Made by a program: the position numbers and the translations under genes
Part shown: in pieces, positions 1 through 9,504 of the stretch
How positions within the stretch are numbered: position 1 is the first letter of the stretch
Layout of the letters: the number at the start of each line of letters is the position of its first letter
Notes under the pieces: generated by a model
Told to the model about the DNA's origin: nothing
The model's database searches: none
The model's input: the letters and a program-made list of their open reading frames with translations, nothing else
NCBI RefSeq assembly: GCF_000018785.1
Contig: NC_010163.1
Coordinates: 30,001 to 62,000, forward strand
Length of the DNA: 32,000 bases
Direction: 5' to 3'
From: Acholeplasma laidlawii PG-8A
Lineage (GTDB): Bacteria; Bacillota_I; Bacilli_A; Acholeplasmatales; Acholeplasmataceae

Positions 1-1
1 T

Positions 2-841
2 GTTCGTTTTAACCCGATGAAACTACACGTGAACTTTGCTATGAATTTTAGAGATCATAGAAAAATTGTAGTTATAGATAATAGAGTAGCCTTTACTGGT
101 GGATTTAATATAGGAGATGAATATACAAATAAGAAAAAAGTATTTGGTCACTGGAATGATGCTGGTATCATGATTGAAGGTGAAGCTGTTTGGAGTATGA
201 CAATGCTCTTTTTAGAAAACTGGTCGTTTTCTAAAAAAGATGATACAACTGATTTTTCAAAATATAACATCAAATATCCACCAATTATAAATGATGCAAT
301 CTATATTCCGTTTGGAGATATCCCGGTAGATAATAATCTAACAGCTAAAAATATATATCTACACTTAATTAATGATGCACAGCAGACAATTTATATTACT
401 GCACCGTACTTAATTTTAGATAATGAAATCGCAACCGCACTTAAACTAGCCGCTCAAAGTGGTGTCGATGTACACATCATTATGCCAAGTATACCGGATA
501 AGAGATTTGTATATATGGTGTCAAAATCATATGCGGAAGAACTTGTTCATAGCGGAGTTAAAATTTATAGATATAAACCAGGGTTTATCCACTCTAAGAT
601 GATTATTTGTGATAAAGAAGCAGCGATGATTGGATCAAGTAATTTAGACTTTAGAAGCTTATACATGCACTTAGAAAACAACTTATGGTTGAATGATATA
701 AAAACTATTTCTAATATGGTTAATTATTATGAATACACACTCAAAGAAAGTGAACGTATTACAATCAAAGACTTCACTAAGAGAAATATTATCTATAGAG
801 TAGTACAGGCAGTATTAAAGGGTTTCTCGCCATTATTATAA
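2..841 (+). CDS. cls: Cardiolipin synthase / phospholipase D family, C-terminal part (5' end lies outside the window)
   Basis: The frame is open from position 2, with no stop before the first Met at 17. Two HKD motifs are present: HRKIVVIDNRVAFTGGFN and HSKMIICDKEAAMIGSSN. Stop TAA at 839-841. Confidence 0.85.
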   Translation, partial: VRFNPMKLHVNFAMNFRDHRKIVVIDNRVAFTGGFNIGDEYTNKKKVFGHWNDAGIMIEGEAVWSMTMLFLENWSFSKKDDTTDFSKYNIKYPPIINDAIYIPFGDIPVDNNLTAKNIYLHLINDAQQTIYITAPYLILDNEIATALKLAAQSGVDVHIIMPSIPDKRFVYMVSKSYAEELVHSGVKIYRYKPGFIHSKMIICDKEAAMIGSSNLDFRSLYMHLENNLWLNDIKTISNMVNYYEYTLKESERITIKDFTKRNIIYRVVQAVLKGFSPLL

Positions 842-895
842 AATGAATATATTAAGCTATTATAAAGAAATAACCTTATACGAGGGGATTTAAGA

Positions 896-1135
896 ATGGG
901 AAAAGATTACAAATTTATTAAAAACGGAATAAAGGTTGCACAAATACGTGCTATAGGCTCAGTGATTTTGGGATTAATGGTATTATTTGGTGGAATATAT
1001 ATTGTTAATTTGTATGAGACAGAAGATGAAAAAATAACGGTAATTATTGCTACAATTGCACTGTTTTTCTTGTTTATTATTGCTTTCTACTCAAACATAA
1101 GGGCAATCAAAAAGTATAAAAGTTTTTTAGAATAG
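896..1135 (+). CDS. Small hypothetical membrane protein (79 aa, two predicted TM helices)
   Basis: GAGGGG lies 8 nt upstream of the ATG. Two hydrophobic stretches (IGSVILGLMVLFGGIYIV and VIIATIALFFLFIIAFY). A hairpin terminator follows. No family recognised. Confidence 0.55.
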   Translation: MGKDYKFIKNGIKVAQIRAIGSVILGLMVLFGGIYIVNLYETEDEKITVIIATIALFFLFIIAFYSNIRAIKKYKSFLE

Positions 1136-1156
1136 AAGACAAACAAATAATAAAAT

Positions 1157-1190
1157 AACGGTTTGATACCTAAGCATCAAACCGTTTTTA
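1157..1190. terminator. Bidirectional rho-independent terminator between convergent genes
   Basis: AACGGTTTGAT (1157-1167), 8-nt loop, ATCAAACCGTT (1176-1186). The stem is followed by TTTT and preceded by an A-run. Confidence 0.8.
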
Positions 1191-2165
1191 CTATTTATTA
1201 CTATGTATTTTTTCATTTCTTGGCATATTTGTAATACGACTTACTTCATCAATTTCATTGAATTGTTCAATGTAACCTACTACATGCGGTTCTAATTTGT
1301 TTTTTTCAATAACACTTAGTGATATACCGTGGTGAGCTGTCATATGTTGAAGCACAGTTTCTATAATATCTCTTGGGATTATATCTTTTGGTTTGTTTTT
1401 AACTTCATCGAAGAATCGTAATGCATAGATACTAGAAATTGTTTCATGACCTTTGTAGTGTCCATTGTACTTAGCTTGAGATTTACCAAGATCATGTAAT
1501 GCGGAAACAATGTGCATAACTGGATCATGTGAATTTTTAATACACATATCGATATGTGTGTCAATATCTTCTAAATGATAAGGAGTTTCATGATTCTCGT
1601 TTAAACGTTCAAACTCTGGCATATATGCAGCGGAAATGTATCTTCTAACAGTCTCATAGATTCCATCTTTTAAAGCACTATTAATAAAGTCATTATATTC
1701 CGTATTGGAATTTAAGAATGTAGACTGACTAATAATCTTATAGTTATCACAATCTACTCCAACTCTAGGTGGTGCCATAAATTTATACATGTGCTCAATA
1801 ATATGAAAAGGTACTACCTTTTCAAAAGAACGCTTCTCATTTTGATATTTTGCAAACATAAGTGGTTCTAGGACCATATGAATTTCTACAGTATATCCAC
1901 GTGCCTTGAATTTTTCATAAAGCGATGTACGAAGGGCTCTTGAAATATTGGTTGCATCAAAAATTAAGGAGTCATCATAAGAAAAGACACGATCGTGTAA
2001 TAAATTAAACACCGTCTCATCATCTTTTTGGCTATGGTGCTTTCTTAAAGTACCAAATAGCTCTAAACGAATCATATCTGATGAAAAATGCATGTATTCA
2101 AGTTTTTTTGCATAAGTAGATTTTCCAGAACCTGGAACACCTACTAAAATAATTGCTTTTTTCAT
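1191..2165 (-). CDS. Two-domain protein: N-terminal P-loop polynucleotide-kinase-like domain fused to a C-terminal HD phosphoesterase domain (candidate RNA/DNA end-healing enzyme)
   Basis: Start moved to the ATG at 2165, which has GGAGG 6 nt upstream on the minus strand (cctcc at 2171-2175). Walker A VGVPGSGKST. Pnk-like SSDMIR and FDATNISRALR motifs. The C-terminal half carries PYHLEDIDTH ... ALHDLGK ... YKGHE, as in the HD domain of CCA-adding enzymes. Confidence 0.7.
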   Translation of the reverse strand: MKKAIILVGVPGSGKSTYAKKLEYMHFSSDMIRLELFGTLRKHHSQKDDETVFNLLHDRVFSYDDSLIFDATNISRALRTSLYEKFKARGYTVEIHMVLEPLMFAKYQNEKRSFEKVVPFHIIEHMYKFMAPPRVGVDCDNYKIISQSTFLNSNTEYNDFINSALKDGIYETVRRYISAAYMPEFERLNENHETPYHLEDIDTHIDMCIKNSHDPVMHIVSALHDLGKSQAKYNGHYKGHETISSIYALRFFDEVKNKPKDIIPRDIIETVLQHMTAHHGISLSVIEKNKLEPHVVGYIEQFNEIDEVSRITNMPRNEKIHSNK

Positions 2166-2363
2166 GAAACCTCCGAATAAACATATATGAATATATGATA
2201 CCATAATCATAAAATAATTTCTCTTAAATATCACACATTCTAATAGCGCACCAGAGGAAGCGTTTTCATTTATAACATTCCAAGCAAAATGCTTTTGAAG
2301 GTTATAAAATGATAGTAAGAATACATGATTCATATGTAAACATTAATTAGGAGGAATGAAATC

Positions 2364-4634
2364 ATGGCTCAATCATGGAAAGGTTTTAAATCTGGTAACT
2401 GGGAAAAAGCAGTCGATGTTGCAGATTTCATAAAACAAAACTATTCAGAGTATACAGGAGACGGCACTTTTTTAGAAGGTGCAGTAGAAAGTTCTTTATC
2501 ATTAAATGAATCTTTTAAAGATTTATTGAAACTTGAAAAAGAAAAAGGTGGCGTAATTGATTTAGATACAAAGGTTGCATCTACAATCATTAGCCATGCG
2601 CCAGGGTATATCGATAAAGATATCGAAAAAATTGTTGGTTTACAAACTGATGCACCATTAAAACGTGGATTCTTTCCTGAAGGTGGAATTAACGTTGCTG
2701 TAAAATCCGTTGAAGCTTATGGTTATAAAGTAGAACAAGAAACAATTGATATTTATACAAACGTTAGAAAAACACATAACCAAGGTGTATTTGATGCATA
2801 TACTAAAGAAATTAGAAACGCTAGAAGTTCTCATATCATTACTGGTTTACCAGACGGATATGGTAGAGGACGTATTATTGGAGATTATAGAAGAGTACCT
2901 CTTTATGGTGTAGACGCTTTAATCAAAGATAAATATGCACAACAAGAAGAATTAACATTCCCAATGTCTGAGCACAAAATCCGTTTAAGAGAAGAATTAT
3001 CTGATCAAATTAAATCATTAAATGAATTAATTCAATTAGGAGATATGTACGGATTTGACTTAAGAAGACCTGCAAGTGACTCAAAAGAAGCGATTCAATG
3101 GTTATACTTAGCTTATTTAGCAGCTGTTAAAGAACAAAACGGTGCGGCAATGAGTTTAGGTAGAGTCGATGCATTCTTAGATATCTATATCGAAAGAGAC
3201 TTAAAAGCTGCAAAATATAGCGAATTAGAAATTCAAGAATTTATTGACCATTTCGTCATGAAATTAAGAATGGTACGTTTTGCTAGAACTCCAGAATATA
3301 ACCAATTATTTACAGGAGATCCAACATGGGTTACTGCTGTATTAGGTGGTATGTCAAATGATGGTAGATCACTTGTTACAAAAACAGCATTCAGATTATT
3401 ACAAACTTTATATAACCTAGGTACATCAGCAGAACCAAACCTGACTGTTTTATGGAGCAACAACCTTCCAGAAGGATTTAAAAACTTCACTGCGAAGGTA
3501 AGTATTGATACTTCAAGTATTCAATATGAAAATGATGATACAATTAGACCACTACATGGCGATGACTATGGTATCGCATGTTGCGTGTCACCAATGGCTA
3601 TTGGTAAAGAAATGCAATTCTTTGGTGCACGTGCAAACATCGCTAAAGCATTATTATATGCATTAAATGGTGGACGTGACGAAGTAAGTGGCAAACAAGT
3701 ATTTGAAAAATCTAAGATGGAAGTTTTAAAAACTGATGTATTAGATTATGATGTTGTGATGTCACGTTATGAAAAAACATTAGAAGAATTAGCTGAAGTT
3801 TATGTGAATGCTTTAAACATTATTCACTACATGCATGATAAATATGCATATGAAAAACTAGAAATGGCTTTACATGATCGTGATGTTAAGAGATTATTTG
3901 CAACTGGTATTGCAGGATTAAGCGTTGTTGCTGACTCATTATCAGCAATCAAATATGCAAAAGTACACCCAATCTATGATGAAACATCAGGATTAATTAC
4001 TGACTTTGAAACTGTTGGTGAATTCCCATGTTATGGTAATGATGATGATAGAGTTGATGATATTGCTGTAGATGTATTACGTAAATTCATGAGCTATATT
4101 AGAAAGAACCCAACATACAGAGAATCACATCCAACAATGAGTGTTTTAACGATTACATCTAACGTTGTATACGGTAAAAACACAGGTAATACACCAGATG
4201 GTCGTCGTTATGGTGAACCATTTGCTCCAGGTGCTAACCCAATGCACGGTAGAGATAAATCAGGTGCATTAAAATCATTAATGTCTGTTGCTAAATTACC
4301 ATATGAAGATGCAGAAGACGGTATTTCAAATACATTTACAATTATTCCAAAAGCATTAGGTCATTCGATAAGTGCTGAAGGTTCTATTGTTCACCTTGTA
4401 GATGATGTACAAGTAAATAACCTTGTATCCTTATTAGATGGATACTTCACATCTGGTGGATATCATTTAAACGTTAACGTGTTTAACAGAGAAACATTAA
4501 AAGCAGCTTATGACAACCCAGAATTATATCCAAACCTTACAATTAGAGTATCAGGTTATGCTGTAAACTTCTCAAATCTAACGAATGAACAAAAATTAGA
4601 AGTTATGAAGCGTACATTCCATGAAGGATTCTAA
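2364..4634 (+). CDS. pflB: Pyruvate formate-lyase (formate C-acetyltransferase)
   Basis: 756 aa. Glycyl-radical motif RVSGYAVNF near the C-terminus and catalytic Cys pair [15 protein letters not shown] lies upstream of the ATG. Confidence 0.97.
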   Translation: MAQSWKGFKSGNWEKAVDVADFIKQNYSEYTGDGTFLEGAVESSLSLNESFKDLLKLEKEKGGVIDLDTKVASTIISHAPGYIDKDIEKIVGLQTDAPLKRGFFPEGGINVAVKSVEAYGYKVEQETIDIYTNVRKTHNQGVFDAYTKEIRNARSSHIITGLPDGYGRGRIIGDYRRVPLYGVDALIKDKYAQQEELTFPMSEHKIRLREELSDQIKSLNELIQLGDMYGFDLRRPASDSKEAIQWLYLAYLAAVKEQNGAAMSLGRVDAFLDIYIERDLKAAKYSELEIQEFIDHFVMKLRMVRFARTPEYNQLFTGDPTWVTAVLGGMSNDGRSLVTKTAFRLLQTLYNLGTSAEPNLTVLWSNNLPEGFKNFTAKVSIDTSSIQYENDDTIRPLHGDDYGIACCVSPMAIGKEMQFFGARANIAKALLYALNGGRDEVSGKQVFEKSKMEVLKTDVLDYDVVMSRYEKTLEELAEVYVNALNIIHYMHDKYAYEKLEMALHDRDVKRLFATGIAGLSVVADSLSAIKYAKVHPIYDETSGLITDFETVGEFPCYGNDDDRVDDIAVDVLRKFMSYIRKNPTYRESHPTMSVLTITSNVVYGKNTGNTPDGRRYGEPFAPGANPMHGRDKSGALKSLMSVAKLPYEDAEDGISNTFTIIPKALGHSISAEGSIVHLVDDVQVNNLVSLLDGYFTSGGYHLNVNVFNRETLKAAYDNPELYPNLTIRVSGYAVNFSNLTNEQKLEVMKRTFHEGF

Positions 4635-5382
4635 TCTACTAGAAGTAGTAGGTAATGTACACTCAATAGAAACATTTGGTGCCTTTGATGGACCAGGACT
4701 TAGATATGTATTATTCTTACAAGGTTGTCCTTTAAGATGTAAATTCTGTCATAACAGAGACACTTGGGGCACAGAAGATAATAAGTTAATGACCGTAGAA
4801 GAGATATTAAACGACTATAATAAATATAGAGCATTCTATAAAAAAGGTGGTTTAACAGTATCAGGTGGCGAAGCTACCTTACAAATCGGGTTTTTAACTG
4901 CATTATTCAAAGAAGCTAAAAATAGAAATATACATACGTGTTTAGATACATCAGCAGGTACATTTAGTGAAGCAAGATTACCTGAGTTTGAAGAACTTCT
5001 CAAATACACAGATCTTGTGTTACTAGATATTAAACATATTGATGATGAACGTCACAAATGGTTAACCGGTGCAAGCAATAAAAACATATTAAAGTTTGCA
5101 AGACTGTTAAGTGATAAAAAAATACCTACGATATTAAGACATATACTCTTACCACAAATTAACTCGCAAGATGTTTACTTAGAAAGACTAAGAACATTCA
5201 TTGACTCTTTAGATAACTTTATTGGTATTGACATTCTTCCTTATCATACTAAAGGTATTATGAAGTGGGATAACATGGGTATTGAATATGAACTTAAAGA
5301 TACACCAGAACCTACTAAAGAAGAGGTTTTAAGAGCAGAGCATATACTTAAAGACGACTATAAGTATATGAAACTAAATTAG
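4621..5382 (+). CDS. pflA: Pyruvate formate-lyase activating enzyme (radical SAM)
   Basis: [10 protein letters not shown] (CxxxCxxC) and N-terminal [20 protein letters not shown]. Overlaps the pflB stop by 14 nt. No clear SD, but this is the only Met upstream of the conserved N-terminus. Confidence 0.93.
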   Translation: MKDSNLLEVVGNVHSIETFGAFDGPGLRYVLFLQGCPLRCKFCHNRDTWGTEDNKLMTVEEILNDYNKYRAFYKKGGLTVSGGEATLQIGFLTALFKEAKNRNIHTCLDTSAGTFSEARLPEFEELLKYTDLVLLDIKHIDDERHKWLTGASNKNILKFARLLSDKKIPTILRHILLPQINSQDVYLERLRTFIDSLDNFIGIDILPYHTKGIMKWDNMGIEYELKDTPEPTKEEVLRAEHILKDDYKYMKLN

Positions 5383-5395
5383 TTCCTAATTAAGG

Positions 5396-5437
5396 GATAA
5401 CATAGCATCTTAAACAGATGATATGTTATCTCTTTTA
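5396..5437 (+). terminator. Rho-independent terminator after pflA
   Basis: GATAACATAGCATC (5396-5409), 7-nt loop, GATGATATGTTATC (5417-5430). One mismatch in the stem, followed by TCTTTT. Confidence 0.75.
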
Positions 5438-5534
5438 CTTTATATGTTGTTTTCTAATATAACCTCTAAGGAAATTGAATGTGGAAAAACTTAATACCTT
5501 TTAGTGTATAATGGATATAGATTGGAGTGATTTT

Positions 5535-6230
5535 ATGTCTCATACACACAAAGATCATGACCATACATGCTTGGTCACGGTACCTATATTTAATCATCTA
5601 GAATTAGATGAACTAACAAAGATCACAGAACTTATCAAATCTAAATCATTTGATAAAGGTGAACTTATTTTTAGTTATGGTGAAAAATCAGACACCTTAT
5701 ATATTGTAAGAAGTGGACAAATTAAAATGTACTACTTATCTGAAAATGCTAAAGAACATATTTTAAGAATGTTATTTCCAGGAGACTTTATAGGTGAGTT
5801 AAGTATTTTCTTAGATGAAAAAAACAATGCTTATGCAGAAGCAATAACTCCAGTTGAAGTATGCATGATAAAAAAAGAAGACATCTCAAAGCTTATGGAG
5901 ATATATCCTAAAATTGGTCTTAAAATTATTGGTGAATTAACCCAGAGATTAAAGAAATCAGAAAAACAAGCAAGTTGGATTGCTACAGAACAAGTAGAAA
6001 AAAGAATCCTGTTATATATGCTTGAACTGTATGATTCAAATGAGCCATTAAAGCCAATTGAACTTCCAATGACTAAAAAAGATTTAGCATCCTTTCTAGG
6101 TACTACACCAGAAACTTTAAGTAGAAAACTAGCTTACTTAGAAGATTTAGGTATGATACATCAATTAAGTAATAAACAAATTAAAATTGTTAAAATGGAT
6201 TTACTATTAGAATTTTTAAATCAAATGTAA
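5535..6230 (+). CDS. Crp/Fnr-family transcriptional regulator, Flp-like (two Cys, His-rich N-terminus)
   Basis: cNMP-binding fold (FSYGEKSDTLYIVRSGQIKMY ... GDFIGELS) and C-terminal HTH (TKKDLASFLGTTPETLSRKLAYLEDLGMI). Start chosen at 5535 because GGAG sits 8 nt upstream. The ORF-track start at 5511 has no SD and overlaps a TATAAT hexamer at 5507-5512. Confidence 0.85.
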   Translation: MSHTHKDHDHTCLVTVPIFNHLELDELTKITELIKSKSFDKGELIFSYGEKSDTLYIVRSGQIKMYYLSENAKEHILRMLFPGDFIGELSIFLDEKNNAYAEAITPVEVCMIKKEDISKLMEIYPKIGLKIIGELTQRLKKSEKQASWIATEQVEKRILLYMLELYDSNEPLKPIELPMTKKDLASFLGTTPETLSRKLAYLEDLGMIHQLSNKQIKIVKMDLLLEFLNQM

Positions 6231-6231
6231 T

Positions 6232-6263
6232 AAAAACATAAGAACTAAAATTCTTATGTTTTT
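6232..6263 (+). terminator. Rho-independent terminator after the Crp/Fnr gene
   Basis: AAAACATAAGAA (6233-6244), loop CTAAAA, TTCTTATGTTTT (6251-6262). Confidence 0.75.
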
Positions 6264-6291
6264 ATGTATGAATTAAGTTAAGGAAGATATC

Positions 6292-6990
6292 ATGACAATT
6301 ATTTTTGCCCCTACAAAACTATTTAACCCACAGGCCCAAACCACAGAAAATAAAACAATGTTTGAAACAGTTACTATGTCCATTGTAGAAGAAATTCAAA
6401 AGATAGATAAAGCTAATTATAAAAAGCACTTTAATTTAAGTGATAACTTAGTGGATACTGTATATAATTACTATCATAATTTTGAATCAAATAATAGATT
6501 CACTGCATTTGATTATTATTTAGGTGAATCATTTAAGGCATTTAACTTTAATCAACTAGATGATATAAAGCGTACATATCTAAACGATAATGTGTATATT
6601 ATTGATGCATTATATGGTGTTATAAAGCCGTTAGATGGTATTAAACCATATAGGATGGACTTCACACTAAAACAATCTAAATCGGTTTGGCGAGATTTGA
6701 TTAATAATTATTTTTCAAGTAAAGGTGCTAAACAGATACTAAGTCTGGCCTCAAAAGAGTTTAGTGCATTAATTGATAAATCAAAGTTTGAGTTATATGA
6801 AGTATCTTTTATAGACTGCAAAGAAGATGTTTGTAAGAAGATCAGTGTGTTTAATAAACAGATGAGAGGTAAGTTATTGAGATATATTGTTGATCATGAA
6901 ATCAATGATATTTCTGGTTTACCAAAGATCATTTTAGGATATCACTTAACGGTTGTGGATAAAGAAATAAACTATATTAAAAGTGTTTAA
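6292..6990 (+). CDS. yaaA: YaaA-like peroxide stress protein (UPF0246/DUF328)
   Basis: N-terminal IIFAPTK and the family-typical ALYGVIKPLDGIKPYRMDF motif. 232 aa. Confidence 0.75.
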   Translation: MTIIFAPTKLFNPQAQTTENKTMFETVTMSIVEEIQKIDKANYKKHFNLSDNLVDTVYNYYHNFESNNRFTAFDYYLGESFKAFNFNQLDDIKRTYLNDNVYIIDALYGVIKPLDGIKPYRMDFTLKQSKSVWRDLINNYFSSKGAKQILSLASKEFSALIDKSKFELYEVSFIDCKEDVCKKISVFNKQMRGKLLRYIVDHEINDISGLPKIILGYHLTVVDKEINYIKSV

Positions 6991-7033
6991 TAATACTAAA
7001 AGGTTATTTTACAAAAATTACACTCGTAAATTT

Positions 7034-7046
7034 TGTATAATATACA
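7034..7046. promoter_or_regulatory. 13-bp palindrome TGTATA-A-TATACA overlapping the TATAAT hexamer in front of fhs
   Basis: TGTATAATATACA pairs perfectly 6+1+6 and contains TATAAT at 7036-7041. An upstream imperfect inverted repeat (ACAAAAATTA-N6-TAAATTTTGT, 7011-7036) abuts it. Confidence 0.3.
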
Positions 7047-7085
7047 TATATGTTCTATTGAAATAAAATAAACGAGGTTGATTGC

Positions 7086-8669
7086 ATGAATACATATAAT
7101 TACCTAATTGATGAATTACATATCTTAGATGATGAAATCATATCCTATGGTAAGGATAAGTTTAAAATAGAGTTAAGTTTACAAGAAAGATTAAAGGATA
7201 AAGCACCTGGTAAACTTATTCTTGTAACATCGATTAACCCTACATCTAGTGGTGAAGGTAAAACAACACTTTCCATTGGTTTAGCCCAAGGGTTTAAGAA
7301 AAATGGTAAAGATGTTATGTTAGCACTTAGAGAACCATCCATGGGTCCTGTTTTTGGTATGAAGGGTGGTGCTACTGGTGGAGGTGTTTCTATTTTAGAA
7401 CCTTCATTAGATATCGACCTTCACTTTAATGGTGACATACATGCACTCACATCAGCGAATAATCTTTTATCAGCAATCATTGATAATCATATGTACTTTG
7501 GTAATGAATTAAATATTAAAGATGTTTACTGGCAACGCGCACTAGATGTTAATGATCGTAGCTTAAGAGAAGTTAAGACAAAAGCTAGAGATGATAAATT
7601 TACCATTACAGCAGCAAGTGAAATGATGGCGATTTTGGCACTAGCAAGGGATTTTAAAGACTTAAAAGAAAGATTAAATAATATCTTAATAGGTACCGAT
7701 AAAGATGGAAAAGATTTATTTGTAAGTGACTTAAAGTGTGCGGATAGTTTAGCATTACTACTAAAGGATGCTATTAAGCCAAATTTAGTATTTGCTAAAG
7801 AAATGGTACCAGCACTTGTTCATGCTGGACCATTTGCAAATATAGCACATGGATGTAATAGCGTTATAGCAACAAATACTGCTTTAAAGTTAGCTGATTA
7901 TGTCATCACAGAAGCTGGTTTTGGTGCAGATTTAGGTATGGAAAAGTTTTTACATATTAAGCAACCACATTTATACACAAAGGCTAGTGTAGTGGTTGTA
8001 GTTGCAACTATTAAAGCGCTTAAACTACATGGTGGTGTTACAGAATCTAATTTAGATGAACCTAATATTGAGGCACTTTCTAAGGGATTAGAAAACATTG
8101 AAAAACACTTAGAAAATATTAAACTGTTTGGTTTAAACAGTGTTGTAGCACTTAATAAGTTTGATACTGATTCAGAAGAGGAATTACAATTCTTAAAAAA
8201 CTGGGCAAGAATCAATCACCTAAATTATGGTATTTCAGAAGGGTATAGTAAGGGTGGTGAAGGTACCAAAGACTTAGCTAAGTTAGTTGAAAAAGTGGCA
8301 TACGAACCATCTAAATTTAAGAGAATTTATTCTAATGAAGAAAATCATGAATATAAGATCAGAAAAATAGCGGAAAATATTTATGGGGCAAAGGATGTGA
8401 TTTTCTCTCAACAAGCAAAGAAGAAACTAAACCAATATAAACATTTAGAAATTCCTATTTGCATTGCTAAAACACCACTTTCTTTATCTGGAGATCCTAA
8501 ATTAAAGGGTAGACCAAGAGATTTTGTTTTAGAGATTAGCGACATTAAAGTGTCTTTAGGTGCGAACCTTTTAGTAGTGCTTACAAAAGGGATTAATACG
8601 ATGCCTGGTTTAAATAATCGTCCACGGGCACTGGATTTTAAGTTGGATGATAAAGGAGAACTTATATAA
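7086..8669 (+). CDS. fhs: Formate--tetrahydrofolate ligase
   Basis: 527 aa. Nucleotide-binding motif INPTSSGEGKTT and family-wide similarity along the full length. GAGG lies upstream of the ATG. Confidence 0.95.
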   Translation: MNTYNYLIDELHILDDEIISYGKDKFKIELSLQERLKDKAPGKLILVTSINPTSSGEGKTTLSIGLAQGFKKNGKDVMLALREPSMGPVFGMKGGATGGGVSILEPSLDIDLHFNGDIHALTSANNLLSAIIDNHMYFGNELNIKDVYWQRALDVNDRSLREVKTKARDDKFTITAASEMMAILALARDFKDLKERLNNILIGTDKDGKDLFVSDLKCADSLALLLKDAIKPNLVFAKEMVPALVHAGPFANIAHGCNSVIATNTALKLADYVITEAGFGADLGMEKFLHIKQPHLYTKASVVVVVATIKALKLHGGVTESNLDEPNIEALSKGLENIEKHLENIKLFGLNSVVALNKFDTDSEEELQFLKNWARINHLNYGISEGYSKGGEGTKDLAKLVEKVAYEPSKFKRIYSNEENHEYKIRKIAENIYGAKDVIFSQQAKKKLNQYKHLEIPICIAKTPLSLSGDPKLKGRPRDFVLEISDIKVSLGANLLVVLTKGINTMPGLNNRPRALDFKLDDKGELI

Positions 8670-9502
8670 TGTTATTAGATGGAAGAAAAACAGCAGATAT
8701 ACTTAATGAAGCACTTCGTGTTAAAGTTCAATATTTAACTAAAAAGCCTAAATTAGAAATCATTTTAATTGGTAATGACGAGGCAAGCAAAAGTTATGTT
8801 AAAGGAAAGCTTAATACGGCCTCTAATTTAGGTATGGAAGTTCATATAAATTATCTAGATGAAGCAATTGATCAATTAAGTGTAGAAGCTTTAATACAAA
8901 AGTTAAACACAGATAAAGGTGTTCATGGTATATTACTTCAATTACCTATTCCTAAACACTTGGATTCAGATTATCTTATATCTTTAATAGATTATAAAAA
9001 AGATGTTGATGGATTTCATACAATGAATCAAGGTTTACTATTTCAAAAAAAGGACGGTATTAGACCTGCTACACCGCTAGGTATAATGATGTTACTAGAT
9101 TTTTATAACATTCCAATTGAAGGTAAACATGTGGTTATTATTGGTAGAAGTCAAATCGTTGGTGCACCACTATCCAAAATGTTTTTAGATCGTAATGCGA
9201 CAGTAACGATTACACACTCTAAAACTAAAAATCTTCCATCCATCACCAAACAAGCAGATATACTGGTAGCTGCAATTGGTAAACCTAAATTTGTTACTAA
9301 AGATATGGTCAAAGTAGGTGCTGTTGTCGTTGATGTTGGGATTAACCGAGTAGATAAAAAATTAGTAGGAGACGTCGACTTTGAACATGTAGAGCCGATT
9401 GCTTCATATATTACACCTGTACCTAAAGGTGTTGGTCCCATGACAATTTGTGCACTGGCACATAATTTATATGCCCTGTATCTTAAACAGGAGAAAGAAT
9501 AG
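8669..9502 (+). CDS. folD: Bifunctional methylenetetrahydrofolate dehydrogenase / methenyl-THF cyclohydrolase
   Basis: Motifs ASKSYVKGK, GILLQLPIPKHL, VVIIGRSQIVGAPL and PVPKGVGPMT. AAAGGAG lies 10 nt upstream. The ATG overlaps the fhs stop by 1 nt. Confidence 0.95.
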   Translation: MLLDGRKTADILNEALRVKVQYLTKKPKLEIILIGNDEASKSYVKGKLNTASNLGMEVHINYLDEAIDQLSVEALIQKLNTDKGVHGILLQLPIPKHLDSDYLISLIDYKKDVDGFHTMNQGLLFQKKDGIRPATPLGIMMLLDFYNIPIEGKHVVIIGRSQIVGAPLSKMFLDRNATVTITHSKTKNLPSITKQADILVAAIGKPKFVTKDMVKVGAVVVDVGINRVDKKLVGDVDFEHVEPIASYITPVPKGVGPMTICALAHNLYALYLKQEKE

Positions 9503-9504
9503 AT

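Noticed and set aside
1379-1564. A 61-aa ORF nested in another frame of the Pnk-HD gene.
   Set aside because: It lies entirely inside a well-supported CDS on the same strand, with no SD and no recognisable motif.
2194-2211. The inverted repeat TATGAT-N6-ATCATA (with an adjacent ATATATGA tandem) in the pflB / Pnk-HD divergent region, considered as a Crp/Fnr-type site.
   Set aside because: It does not match the FNR (TTGAT-N4-ATCAA) or FLP/CRP half-sites. A 6-bp A/T-rich arm is expected by chance in this composition, and no second copy was seen in the window.
2166-2333. The 56-codon N-terminal extension of the minus-strand ORF 1191-2333 given in the ORF track.
   Set aside because: The extension has no SD and an odd hydrophobic/low-complexity sequence, and it would run through the divergent pflB promoter region. 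The internal ATG at 2165 has a perfect GGAGG at 6-nt spacing and starts directly at the Walker A motif.
6991-7085. A possible ZTP (pfl-motif), THF or T-box leader upstream of fhs-folD. The same check was made for 26968-27169 upstream of glyA.
   Set aside because: These riboswitches have GC-rich conserved cores (for example the GGGTCGTGAC / CCGGGCGGA-type segments of ZTP) and need more than 60 structured nucleotides. Both leaders are almost pure A/T, with no such segments and no terminator/antiterminator pair.
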